A DNA stretch of 64,000 nt from Macrostomum hystrix (lineage: Eukaryota; Animalia; Platyhelminthes): positions 3,100,001 to 3,164,000 of the forward strand of contig CATNEN010000025.1 in NCBI GenBank assembly GCA_950097015.1, in the 5' to 3' direction. Position numbers and translations under genes: made by a program. A model generated the notes under the pieces. The model ran no database searches and had not been told where the DNA came from. It was given only the letters and a program-made list of their open reading frames with translations. Below are positions 27,501 to 39,283 of the stretch, in pieces. Every line of letters starts with the position of its first letter. Position 1 is the stretch's first letter.

Positions 27501-28160
27501 AGACCATGGGGGTATTTCAAATACTCACATTTTTCTTCTTTCTGTATCTCCCAAATACAGAACACTATTTGATTCTAAATGCTATTTGATTAACTTCCAA
27601 AATCACAAAACATCGGCGTCGTCGAGATATTCAAAGATACTTGTCGGAGTGTCTGGTGGAAAGAACCAAAAATGTAGGCTTATTTTTTCTGATCACAAAA
27701 TGTCGTCATGTAACCATGTGGGCTATAATTTTTTACTATTTTGGGTTGAATTAATTGTTAGTTTTATCATTTTTTAACTCATATAAATTCACCCTATAAG
27801 TCAGCAGGGTATTTGATAACAATCGCTGAATTTCGACTTTCACGAAAATCGGTCATTCGGTTGGGGAGCTATTGTGAAGTAGGCAGTGGGTACCTGAAAT
27901 ACCCATGGTCTTACCCCCCGTTGGTAGGTAAAAATAGGGTAGTCATTTCACGTTTCCCAAACGAGTCGTAAACCTCGTTTGGGATTTATGTGTTGTGACA
28001 GTCGTCTCCTGTTTTCGTAACTCTTACCGGGTCCTTTGTCGCCGCCGCTGCCTCCACTGTTGCTACCGCTGCACCGAGCGAATAGCACGGCGAATACGAT
28101 AGTCAGTACAATCATCGCGCAGAGAAAGGCTGCTAGGAGTATCAACAGGAGCCTGCTGCT
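24540..28160 (-). CDS. GGT: Gamma-glutamyltransferase / glutathione hydrolase (type II membrane). Exons ~28160-28028, 27351-27123, 26891-26390, 25847-25396, 25126-24763, 24686-24540; start exon unresolved
   Basis: N-terminal TM LLLILLAAFLCAMIVLTIVFAVLF; GGNAMDAGVATLLCVGV, SAGIGGGSF, YDFREAAP, AIAVPGEV, PPPSSG, SGTTQVS (autocleavage Thr), NNEMDDFS, GKRPMSSMAP and GASGGSRI. All phases join. Confidence 0.95.
25278..25357 (+). repeat. Short 22-bp tandem repeat (gtctaacgggtgacactcga-type, about 3.5 units) in a GGT intron
   Basis: Direct repetition. Confidence 0.85.
25905..26185 (-). mobile_element. SINE family A copy in a GGT intron
   Basis: gcagccagcgaggagtcaattctgcccattccgc...atctgccctgactttctc...gaaagtggccttgcc matches family A in reverse. 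Confidence 0.82.
27500..27912. mobile_element. Putative MITE (about 410 bp) with ~27-bp imperfect TIRs in a GGT intron
   Basis: Left aagaccatgggggtatttcaaatactcac versus reverse complement of the right end aagaccatgggtatttcaggtacccac. No clear TSD. Confidence 0.6.
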
Positions 28161-29317
28161 AGAATTGTGTTGGCAAGGTTTGGTGTGAAGTTGTTTATAG
28201 GACTTATTTTTTCTTAGTATCTTACGAGTTTTAGTAACAAACTCTAGTATCCACGGAATTCTGCGCAAAAGGCACAAGCAAGGACTAAGGCTATAGCATA
28301 TAGATGCCATATATAGATGTCCATGAAAGTCATCAAACGGCCGAGTAGGGTTGCTACACATTTAAAACATTTCTTTTCCACCATAGACGAACTACGAGTA
28401 ATAATGAACTCTAAGGCCGGGACGAAGCAGAGATTAAATCATCGACTTCTATATAAAGCAGTCTAAATGGTTTTTTGTGCATAGCAATGTAATGTAACGG
28501 TACATTGAGTCTAAATATTAGGGAAGCCGCTCTTGCAACCGAATGCAGAACACTTGTTCACCATAGTGATATACTTAACAGAAAAAATACATTTTTACTA
28601 GGAAATCGAATCGTTCGTAATAGGATCAGAATTTTCTTAGCCAATTGCAATTCAAATTGGTGCCACTACGTGGCATCAAGTCGTGGCAGTTTTGAAACAA
28701 CTTAACAAGTATCTCTATGGTAAGAAAACTGGGGACGGAGGGAATGCCACTCTAAAATGCAATTAAAATCAATTGAAAATTTGTCTCCGGAAAAGCAGTC
28801 GCCATTTCTATCCAGAGCATAGGATTTCTACCTAATTCAATCTGAAGGTGGGGCATGTAGGCGCATTGAGATGTGTGACGGCTTAAGTGGATATGATTAG
28901 TTGGAGAGCCGCTGTACTCAACTAAACACTGGCCTCATGAGGTAAAACCATGGTGTCATTTTTTTCTCGCTTCCAGTCCAGATGCTATGAGCCGGATGCT
29001 CTAATTTCTAGGCAACAACCCCGGATATAAAGACAGATATAACTACAGACACATAAAGCGGCGTTTGGACACATGGACGAACGAATATAATGGACGACAT
29101 TTGCACTCGGTCCATAATCAGCCCCTTGGGCTTGGCGAAAGATAACGACTCTGGAAATCAGGGTTTGAGGCAATGGCCTTTTAATTAGTGCAGAGCGGCG
29201 ATAGCCTCTAACTCTGAGTTCCTATGAGCATCATTGGTTAAAATTCTCATCCACCCCATGGGGAAATCCTATGCAAAGAGCCTGAAGGCATTTGCCACGA
29301 AGTGAAATTTTAGGCAA

Positions 29318-29645
29318 CGGCACACTATTTGGTGACACTAGACCCGCAGACAGCCAGGAGGCAATTCTGCCTATTCCGCTGACTCCTGAGCACACACGCA
29401 CACAGATACTGTATGCAGGCACACACTCCCATAGGAGTGTACATCTGCCTTGAATTTCTCATCGTCAGGCAGTGTACACTCTCACAGTGCCTTTGAGGTT
29501 GGCCTTCAAGGGTGTAAATTGCACGACAAGCCCCCAAGCCTTCTCTCTGCGGCTGCGCCCAAATAAATGTGGCCTCGCTGCGGAATCGAGCTCAGGGACC
29601 TTGGTGCGGGAGGCTAAAGCGTTAGACTGCTCTGCCACTCACGCG
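29318..29645 (-). mobile_element. SINE family A copy
   Basis: Reverse complement starts cgcgtgagtggcagagcag and carries the full family body. Confidence 0.88.
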
Positions 29646-30529
29646 CCCACTGGGTCTATTCTCAAGTTGCTATCCACTTCTTTTAAAAAAACGTTTTTCT
29701 GAACAGAGGAGAATCGTTATTATAGGATTTGGATACAATCCAGCAATTGGGGTGCATTCTTGAATGTCCCAGCTGCAAAAAATTCCTCACAAAGGCTTTT
29801 TTGAATAAGATCTCACCTCTTTTGTGAATGCAGCATTTCTAAATATCAGGCAGGTAGGTCGAAGTTAGGAAAATAATTATAACGCTTTACATAAAACGGA
29901 GTGCAAAAAACTTCTGCTAGCACTGATATGTAAAAGTAGCAGATTTTTTATTAGCAACAGAAGCAATAAAGTGAAGACTCGTTTGCTGCATGCTCTATTA
30001 AACACCTACGCTGCTGATAAGCAGGGCTGGTCGAGGCTTTGCCAGAAATTAGAATTTGCCCACCAGATCGCTGAGGCACTGTGCACAGCATAGGCACTGA
30101 TTTGCTACCTGTCGCAATCACACAACTAGGCGGGGAGAGACACGTGAGGCTCTCGTGGCTGCACTTGGTTACATTGAGAGCATGAAACTTTTTCATTGCT
30201 TCTAAGCTAAAGTCAGAAAACTTTCTCGTCTCGGGGAGTACTTTTACGAGTACTCCCCGAGACGAGTAGGTAGAATTTAATATTCAAAAAAGTCTTTATC
30301 GGTAATTAGATACTTAAAGAATGAGATGAGAACGAATGCGAAAAGAATGAATTCAGGTCGAATGCTAAGAGAAAGTGAATTGATAGAATTTTGAATCTAT
30401 CTTTCATATTTAGAACGAATGTATAGAAGAAAACACTTTGATTCACTGCTTATCAACACACGTATTCAAATATTCGGGCGTTAGAGAGAAGGACAAGTTC
30501 TATAGAACAGTTTGGCTAGGCTAAGTCAT

Positions 30530-31290
30530 ACTTACTTTGACTTATCTGCAGGGTGCTCCAGTCCGAGCGGATGCAGCGAGGAGGCAGAGGGGACCGCCCA
30601 TTTCGCTAGGCCCTGGCAACCAGACAACCTCCGGCATGTGGGTTTGGCCCAATATGTTTTGTCCGTGCCCTCGTAAATACTGGGCAATGACAGATAAAGT
30701 CCTCCGCATTTTCGCTGCCGGACTCGAAGGTCTCTGCGAGTTGAGAGCTTTAGGAGAGCTTTTACGCAGGTTCGCGGCCCTGGACTGGCGACAGTTCTGC
30801 GTGTTAGACCACCTCTCCTGACTCCATCCAGCGCCTGATCCTGGTGCAGATCACTGAGGATGGGATCGTGGCCCCTGGTCCCGGGCCTGTCCTGGGGCCG
30901 GCTGCAACAGCTCTCGCGAGCTGGTCCGCCTTTTCTTTTCACGGGAAGCCCGCGTGGCCAGGGATCCACTTCAGCACCACCGAATCGGACTGCGCCAGCC
31001 CGTTGAGTTGACGGTTGCAGTCTCGGATGGTTTTGGAGTTGGTGGTATTACGGTCTAGAGCCCTGAGGGCAGCCTGGCTATCGGAATGAAAATGATCTTC
31101 CGCCCAGTGTTGCCACTCTGGCGCATCTTGGCCGCGCTGGAACAGATGGCGAGCATCTCTTTCTGAAAAAAAACACAGGAATTGTTCCCAGAGTGCTGGC
31201 ACTGAGTCGAAAAGACTTCGCCACCAGTGTAGAGACAGGCTCCGAATCCCGAGACGCCGTTCAGTAAAGCAGTGGATCTCAGCAGTGCTC
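30530..31290 (-). mobile_element. 5'-truncated, frameshifted non-LTR retrotransposon remnant with an RNase H domain
   Basis: VFFQKEMLAI, FHSDSQAALRAL and VVLKWIPGHAGFP are RNase H motifs of LINE ORF2, split over several frames. No RT is visible. Confidence 0.85.
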
Positions 31291-31905
31291 CCACTTCATC
31301 ATGCTAATTATGCTAATACGACTATTTTTCGTATGTGCTACATCTGAGAAGCTAATCGGTCCTTCGAAACAAATTTCAATTTCGTCCGATGACACACACT
31401 TCTCTAATATTAATCGGTTTTTATCAAAACAATGCAGTTTTTTCGAAAACTTTAGCGTCGTCATGCTTTTCAATATTCTCAAAATACTCGGAAAGCTATA
31501 AACGACTTGTCAATCCAGTAGCATCTTACGCATTAAAAAGTAGTAACATTAGTCGTTGTCTTTCTTGTTTCTTAGAAATACCAGCAATTTATTTCTTACT
31601 GAGGGATGAGGGATACAGTAAAATCGTATCAGTCGAAAAAACTAATCGATTATTGGTTTATTGATTTGGTTGTGAGCACGTTAACAAATCAACATAACAT
31701 TAAATAGTGTAGAGAAGCACTGAAAAATCAATCCATAAACTCCGAATCCACTTTTTAAAAATCAACAGCCACAAATGTGTGTTGTTACACTCGTTAAAAT
31801 GTCAAACAGCTATATTAAAAAGCTATTAGAAGGAGAGATTTTTCGCCGGAAAGGGCTAATTTTTGCACCGATAGCCATTCTATGGATCTGTTTTTTAGAC
31901 AAAGC

Positions 31906-34590
31906 CTAACCAATGTTCATTATGATTTTCATGTTCGTGGCGTGGCAATCATTAATGAAGCTAAACAGTAGTTGATATTGCTGCGGCGTTGGCTGTCTCA
32001 TGAAGACTAAAAAGCCGCAAATGCGCATGCAGAGGTATTGAATGTCGTTAATCTTTTTTGACTCTGTAATCTCCGTGCCGTCATCGGTGACGCAATGTGT
32101 TTTCTGCACCTCCGCCGACCGATCTTCCGATGCAGGTTGACACTTGTAGGCATATTTTGAATCGCGCCAAACGCTCATGGCGGGATACCATGTGCCATTG
32201 TGCAGACAAGAATGCTGAACAAACACTGCACCATTTCTTGTGTTTAAACACTTGTAGATCAGCATTCCTTTGGACCAGTACTCCTGACCGATTGATAGCT
32301 CGACTGTAAAAGTTCCATTCTCATTCGAGTACCAGCAGGCTACACTAGTTCTCCACTCGTATTGCCGACTACGTTGATCTAATTCGCATCGCAGGACTCG
32401 ATTTTTCAAGTCATGAGCGACGGTGCCGTTGGGAGACAAAATCATTTTCATTGCTGCCGTCGAGTTTCTCTTTTCGGGGACCTGCAACCAGCAGCCTGCA
32501 TAAATCTCCACGACGCTTTTGTGGGAGTAGCTTGAAGTTGAAACGCACTGCTTTGCAAAGCCTGTTTCATTGTCGGACCATTCGTCACCTTCGCGAAAAA
32601 ACTGGCCATTCGATTGCGAGAAGCAGACTAGCATTCTTAGGCTGGGATTGCTGTAGCGCTCATGCTCACAAATTGCAACAGGTCTTTTAAGCAGCGAGTG
32701 GTTGTAGGCAACATTAAACTGACTAATCATTATTGTCTGGTTTAGGTGATCCTTGAACCAACAACCAACAGGTTTCACCCAGGAATAAGCGGCCAGACTG
32801 CCTTCTCTATCATTGTGTTCGCACTCCCATATAATACCGTCTTCTGTTGACTTACGGCTTCCTGGGGCTACTAGGCCGGTTTCCAGAGGACAGCCGCGCA
32901 CAATCCACTTGGCATTGACGCCATCCGAATACGTGGCTGCAGGATCGCACTCCACAATGTTGGAACCATTTCTTCTAATGTCTCTAGGAAATGATATTCT
33001 GGCCACGTTCCAGTTTAACAATGATGCCTGGTTGTCATTGAAGCACACTTCGACTGTAAAGTGTACGCGACTCGAGTATCTCTTCTTTCGACAAGTTACT
33101 ACCGTCTGATTCGAGGTAAGTCTAAAAGCATCTCCGCTAGCAATTAAAACGCGCTGACCTTTGGAATCATGTATCCAGCAGCCTGCAATTTCTTGGAAGT
33201 TGTATTCCCTCTTGTAGCTATCGTAGCTACATTCATATACAAGGAAGTCACTGCTATAAAACAGAGTTCCAGGCTTAACAATGCCGTCGCCATTTTTGCT
33301 ATTGCAACCTCGGAGTATTGTTTCAGCGCCGACACCGAATTTGTAGGACTGATCAGCCATTGGGATGCACGTTCGGTCCACTCCACTGTCATCCGTCCAG
33401 TTTTCATGCGGGATTCTATATTTTGCACCCGTGCCAACATTAACAACACAGACTGCTGCAACCAGAGCTACTTCATCTCTATAACGCCTCTTCTCGCATT
33501 TCGCTAGACACACACTGTCGTCAATACAAATTTGACTGCCTACCTGCAAATTCGAGCTGAAGTTGGTGAGCCTTTTCAAAGGTGAATCCTTCAGCCAGCA
33601 TCCTACAGCATCGAACCATCCGTACTCCGACTTGTAGCGGCTAAACACACAGCGCCAAACGCTTCCGTCTTCCACTCGCATCTCTGAACCGGGTAAAAGG
33701 ATTGTTTGATTATCCCGACACGCCCGCAGAATAACTTTGGCGCTAACGAGTTCTGACGGATTGGCGGGCAGACATTCTCGCTGAGTCCCGTTGCTATCGG
33801 TCCACACACTTCCCGCTGAACGAAGAATCTCGCCTTCACCTTCATCGCTCTGCCTGCACATATGATACACCAAAGCCTCTCCGCTATACTTCCTTCTGCA
33901 GGAGGCTAAATGCTCTCTCTTTTTATTCAAATATAAGTAGTACTCATCTCCGAAATTTAGCACGTCATAACTATCAACAGTAGTTAGATTTTTTATCCAG
34001 CAACCAACTGGTTGCATAGAGTAACTAGGATCCCGTGTATTTCTGCCGTGGAAGAGACACTTTCTAACAAGTCCATTGGGATCTCTTTCGCTGGTTTCAG
34101 GACTTAAAATCTGACCAGTCAGTGTCCAGTTGCAACCGAAAAGCACAATCCGAGAGCTTTGATCAGAGTACCACGATGACGTGGACAGAGAGGCATTGGT
34201 GCAAGTATACCGCAAGCCATCGTTTCGAGTCCATACATCTCCGGGCCATCGGATAACACATTCATTGCCTATTTTAGGCTTTGTGGCATTGGGGCCATCA
34301 AAGCAGACAAGATACACGAGGGCCGTCTTAGATCCGGTCTTTCTACAATGAGCTACTTCTCGACCATTCGGCTGGATGTACTTCTCGTCCACTTCGAGTA
34401 GGATGACCTTCGATGACCAGCGAATCCAGCAGGCGACGTTTTGGTGCCATTCGTTTGTACCAGAGATGTTTAAGCATCGGTGCACCAGGCCGCTCGTTTC
34501 GTCAAAAATTCTTTGTGTCAGATTGCAAGTGAAGCAGCTTTTGCAGTGCACAGCGAGGATGAGACTGAGAAAAAGTAGTCTGCTCTTCAT
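31906..34590 (-). CDS. Intronless 894-aa predicted secreted protein made of tandem Cys/Trp modules (possibly fibronectin type I-like)
   Basis: 2.7-kb stop-free ORF with non-repetitive DNA. Signal-like MKSRLLFLSLILAVHC; seven [GA]CW motifs; recurring W[TS]D, PG[ST] and C-[RE]-x-x-R-Y motifs; many N-x-S/T sequons. Confidence 0.85.
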   Translation of the reverse strand: MKSRLLFLSLILAVHCKSCFTCNLTQRIFDETSGLVHRCLNISGTNEWHQNVACWIRWSSKVILLEVDEKYIQPNGREVAHCRKTGSKTALVYLVCFDGPNATKPKIGNECVIRWPGDVWTRNDGLRYTCTNASLSTSSWYSDQSSRIVLFGCNWTLTGQILSPETSERDPNGLVRKCLFHGRNTRDPSYSMQPVGCWIKNLTTVDSYDVLNFGDEYYLYLNKKREHLASCRRKYSGEALVYHMCRQSDEGEGEILRSAGSVWTDSNGTQRECLPANPSELVSAKVILRACRDNQTILLPGSEMRVEDGSVWRCVFSRYKSEYGWFDAVGCWLKDSPLKRLTNFSSNLQVGSQICIDDSVCLAKCEKRRYRDEVALVAAVCVVNVGTGAKYRIPHENWTDDSGVDRTCIPMADQSYKFGVGAETILRGCNSKNGDGIVKPGTLFYSSDFLVYECSYDSYKREYNFQEIAGCWIHDSKGQRVLIASGDAFRLTSNQTVVTCRKKRYSSRVHFTVEVCFNDNQASLLNWNVARISFPRDIRRNGSNIVECDPAATYSDGVNAKWIVRGCPLETGLVAPGSRKSTEDGIIWECEHNDREGSLAAYSWVKPVGCWFKDHLNQTIMISQFNVAYNHSLLKRPVAICEHERYSNPSLRMLVCFSQSNGQFFREGDEWSDNETGFAKQCVSTSSYSHKSVVEIYAGCWLQVPEKRNSTAAMKMILSPNGTVAHDLKNRVLRCELDQRSRQYEWRTSVACWYSNENGTFTVELSIGQEYWSKGMLIYKCLNTRNGAVFVQHSCLHNGTWYPAMSVWRDSKYAYKCQPASEDRSAEVQKTHCVTDDGTEITESKKINDIQYLCMRICGFLVFMRQPTPQQYQLLFSFINDCHATNMKIIMNIG

Positions 34591-36102
34591 TGTCTGCTCA
34601 ACAGAATACAACTTAAATTTGCACTAACTAAAGGCTTCGGCCAAGTGATTCTTCTTTTATCTGTTACGCTTTTCCGATCATTTCGTTTCCGGTGGATCAA
34701 ACAATTTCCGGCGTAGCCCGAACACCATAACCAGACTCCAGATTTTTGACAGGCCAGCTTAACGCCACCTGTTTACAGGTTGCTCCGACCAATTTTAAAA
34801 AGCGTGCAGAGAGCAATATCTGCATATCTGATTTGCGTATCTTTCAAAATGAGCTGCAGTGCTAGTGCATAAAATATGCAGCATTTATCTGATCCTAGCC
34901 CGCCTTTCTATTTTGTAAACAAAGAATGGCAAAATTAGTATATACTCGTAGTATCTAAAACACACCTTTCCATAAGGAAAGGCTGGAAAAGTGCCTGCGT
35001 GGTATTCCAACAACCATGGTATATATAAAGTAGAAAGATAAATTAATGTATTAATGTGTATACAATGATCTCAGGAATGATGCCAAAAGTAATCTGGTCA
35101 ATGAGAATCAAATTTCGAAAGGTATCGAGGCAATCAGTTTCAATGAGCAGCTAATTGTAACTCCAATCCAATATGATGCTTTTAATCAAAGAAGCGATTA
35201 AAAATACTAGTACTTTTGCCGAGTGGTTAATCGGTGCGAGGCGTTGTTGCCTTGTTAATACTCCGGTTTCTTTTGGAACAACGTACCTTTGTCATGGAAA
35301 AATCTTTCTTAAAATGTTTGTAAAGACAACTTAATATATACTCGTAATTAGGCAATTGACACAAAAATCCCTGAAAAAAGAATGCTACTAGAAAAAATTA
35401 GAAACTGTATTTTGTCAGTTACTCGTAAATGGCCTCCCAAACTCTGCAGGAACTTAATTATAAGACGATCACATGAAATACGTTCTTTGGCCATAGAAAA
35501 AACTTAGCATGATTCTTGCCTATTCTTTCGTCCGTGTAGATGTATAATATACATTTTGTCAACTGATTAGGCAAAGACTAACTATGAATCCTCGATTTCG
35601 ACCACAGACAACAGAATGAAACAACTCCAATCGATTTCCCTGGAGAGTATGCCTAAAACACATTGAATTGAGGGAAATCAATTGGACTTAAGGGAATTCA
35701 TTTGGACTTATCTATGGTCGAGAAGGCTGGTTGGGCCCTCGCTTTCGACTTCAGCTAATGGGGAAATCAATTGGCTTTTTTTGCGAAATCAATTGACAAA
35801 AGATATATTTCCCATTTATCCCCCACTTGTCCCGGTCAAATAAGTCTATGGTCTGGTGTTGAAGCATTTATTTGTCCGGGACGAAGAAATATTTATTCGT
35901 CCCGGACGAGGAAACGATTTATTTGGAACCGTTTCGATCAGAACTGGTCATAGACTGTTGAGCTATAGTCCTTTTTTTCCACAAGACCGAGCCAAGTCGG
36001 TCTGCGGCTCGGCCGAGAAACAAGTTCTCAGTCGTTCTGACGGCCACAGATAAATGAATAAACGGGAGAGATTATATACTTAATCTCACTAGGGTCGGCT
36101 CA

Positions 36103-36189
36103 CTAGGGTGGAAGGCTCGAGGCGTAAATTTATTGACCGAGGCGAAGCCGAGGTCAATGAATGTCGCACCGAGTGCCTTTCCACCCTAG
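36103..36189. mobile_element. Short foldback element (ctagggtggaa ... attgacc gaggcgaagccga ggtcaat ... ttccaccctag)
   Basis: 11-bp perfect terminal inverted repeat and a 7-bp inner stem; imperfect pairing between them. Confidence 0.55.
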
Positions 36190-36721
36190 ACAGCCGAAAT
36201 AAATGTGAAATAGGGTGTGTATCAAAGATTAAGATTATAAATACCCTTTGGTGTGTAGGAAAGGAAAGGGTATTTATAATCTTTGGTGTGTATTCCCCGT
36301 TTGCCCGCCAACTTTGATTGCACTTTTACGCTCTGTGTATAAACTATGACTCTCTCTCTCGGACTCTGTCGTCCATAGTCTATGGTAAAAAGCAGACCTG
36401 TTTGAAGAAGAAGCGTCTGTGGTAAAAAGTGCACACTAGGCGTGTAAGGCCGGAAAGGCTGTCTGAGCCACAGATTCTATATTAAGTATATTACAGATAA
36501 TATAGAATCTGTGGTCTGAGCTATGGCTAGCTTTCAGCTACTTTCTTTTTATTTCCCCCAGACGTCTGTGAGTTGTCTATGGTAAACGTTCCGTTTATCC
36601 GCCCCGGGCGAGTGGGAAAAAAGTCATTTATTTCCCGGGGCAAATAAATGAAATGCTTTAAGACATATAGACTGCGTTGGCGGACAAACGGGGAATACAT
36701 GAAGCAGTCACTGGCTTCTTT

Positions 36722-37198
36722 CTATACAAAAATAGGCCCGAGTGAGTCACTGCCCGATGATAACTGCTGCCTCAGCACGCCACCGCTGCGGTACAACTGA
36801 TTCTCGCTGGCCCAAGGTCTCAGTGGCACTTGTACACACACGGCCAGCGCCAGCGATGGCAGCCGAGGAGGTCGATGCTGCTGAAGCTGAATCATTCGGC
36901 TCAACCGGAAACTCCTGTACTCAGTACTGGCACCGGTGCTGTCCTCACCTGGACCAGGAACTGTTGTATGCCGTTGACTGCCTGGTCTGTTTCGAGTGCC
37001 GCTGTTCAACCAGCATGCGAGACCAGCCAAGACTAAGCAGGCTAGGCTAAGTCCGGTCATCAAGACTCCCAGGTCAATCCGGCGCTGGTCGCCGTGGGTA
37101 TATCCGCCACCCAAGGTGGCGCCGCCAACAACGAAGAGCACGCTGCCGGCTATTGTGAGAAATGCAGCGACTGGCGTGCGCTCTGTTATGCAGAGCAT
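36722..37198 (-). CDS. Hypothetical small membrane protein, 158 aa, two N-terminal hydrophobic segments
   Basis: ATG-started ORF in a GC-rich island within AT-rich DNA; hydrophobic stretches VAAFLTIAGSVLFVVGG and LGVLMTGLSLACLVLAGLACWL. No family recognised; splicing at cca g|gtgagg is possible. Confidence 0.5.
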   Translation of the reverse strand: MLCITERTPVAAFLTIAGSVLFVVGGATLGGGYTHGDQRRIDLGVLMTGLSLACLVLAGLACWLNSGTRNRPGSQRHTTVPGPGEDSTGASTEYRSFRLSRMIQLQQHRPPRLPSLALAVCVQVPLRPWASENQLYRSGGVLRQQLSSGSDSLGPIFV

Positions 37199-37667
37199 GC
37201 TTAGAACGGCTTTAACGTGTTAAGAATCGTCAAATTGTTCAGATTTTTAGGTCCTATAAAAAACTTACTTTAATACTTTTTAATTTTGATTTTGACGCAG
37301 CTGGAATTTACTACCCCTTCGCGTACTTATTCACAACAGGCGTGAACCGAACTGCGACCCCTGAGTGCTGGACTTTCTATACAGTACTGCTTGTATTGAG
37401 TAGTCAAGGTGTTATCAAGCGGGAAAACTTCCTGACGCTTATATTATAATATTCTATCCATGGACTGAAGTCTGTAATGTGTCATGTGATTTAATTCGAT
37501 CAGAATTAAGCTTGTGGCATTTTTTATAGTAGCGAAACAGCATTTTATATCAGATCTTTCACATGAGCTCGTGACCAATTACTTAAACCAATTTCTTATA
37601 TTTCAAATATTGAACTTTTTACCAAGGCATATTATTTAAAGCATCAAAGTGTTCTCGCAATTCTTAA

Positions 37668-37749
37668 GTCGCGATGGCCGAGTGGTTAAGGCGTTGGACT
37701 AGAAATCCAATGGGGTTTCCCCGCGCAGGTTCGAATCCTGCTTGCGACG
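37668..37749 (+). tRNA. trnS-AGA: tRNA-Ser(AGA)
   Basis: Acceptor stem gtcgcga/ttgcgac, D arm tggccgagtggttaagg, anticodon arm ttggact-AGA-aatccaa, long variable arm, ggttcgaatcc, discriminator G, and a T6 Pol III terminator at 37755-37760. Confidence 0.97.
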
Positions 37750-39283
37750 ACAGCTTTTTTGCTCCGTTTTGGAATGGACGAAAGAATGGCTGACAATTTA
37801 TAATTAAATATACAGAATAAATATAACATACACTAAAGAAATTACGTCCTAACTGGTCCTTCAATGTACATATACAACAAAAAATTAAAAAGTTCTTAAT
37901 TACCTGCAGGAGTGTAATTAGAAGTCTAACGTCCGTCGCTTAATATTTTGCGAAACATATCGGACAATTTCTGCATTATTCAAGAAACACAATCCATACT
38001 TTAACTTTTAAATAAAATACTTATTTAGCTGGTCTAATAAGAGCGAAGTGAAATATACTGAATAGATTGCTTTAAACTTGTTAAGCTGTGTTACTGACTA
38101 AGTATTTAAATTCAATTATTATAGGAAATGGGTATTTGGTTTTGTGAAATTTACATAAGCATAATTACCGAAGTTAGTATGATTATCCCTTAGTAAGTAA
38201 AGTAGGTTATGAATATCTCAATAATAATGACACTAATTTTAAAATAAGCTTTAGGCAGACTTTTGTTAAAAAGGCAGACCGACATTTAAAAGGTGCCAAA
38301 TATACTTGCTTGGATGAGCTTACATGTGGGGATGTGTGAGGACGTTGTTGACAATACCTTGTTCGTTTTAGGCTTACTGTCAATGTAAATAAGTGTTTAA
38401 ACTTTATTGGTAAAAATAATATCTCAATTACTATAAATTTTTTTTATCAAGTATTGTGCTTTTACTGATGCAAGCTGCAAAAAGCACAATAAGTTGTATT
38501 AATATATTGACGAGTTATGCTCTATTATTTAGTATGATTCCGAGATTCATAGCTTTTTTTAAAAAAAGCCAATTTTGTAATTTGAATGTTTCTTTTTGTA
38601 GGAAGTTTTTTACTATCAAAGTAGTTCTAAATGTATATTAAAGTGAAAGGCCTACATAATCAAAAATGCAAAATTGTTAGTCAAGTTCCTTTTATGATTA
38701 TAAGGGTATATGAGTCACATGAGTGAACACAACTTCTTTAATTATGGTAGAAATGGATTCTTAGTTATAATTATATAAATGCTTATGTTAAGCAGAGGCC
38801 AAAGTCTATAAACATAGCATTTTCTGTAGTGATCATGTTATTTTTTACTTTTCAAATAACCACATTGTTATATTTTCATGGCTCTTATAAAAGATGGTAA
38901 AGCAACAAAATTAACTAGGCTTATACTTTGTTTTAATTTGATTATATATATGTTGTGTTCAATTCGTCAAGTCTGTCCAAAAATTCAAGTTATTGATAAG
39001 TAAGTATGAAAGTTTTTATTATTTATTTTTTTTACTAAAATAACACATTTTTTATTGTAGCTACATACAACTGTTATGTACATTATACAGTTATTAGTTA
39101 TATACAGTTATGGGCACAAGGCCATAATAAATAACTAACTTGGTTTATGCAATATAATTCGTGTCAAATATTAAGCCAGGTAAAAAAAATTAATTGCTAC
39201 AAAACACACAGTGAGCTGAAAACCTTATTATAATTGAATGCCAACCTTGCAGTCACATTATCTAAAAATTTCCACCCCCTCAG

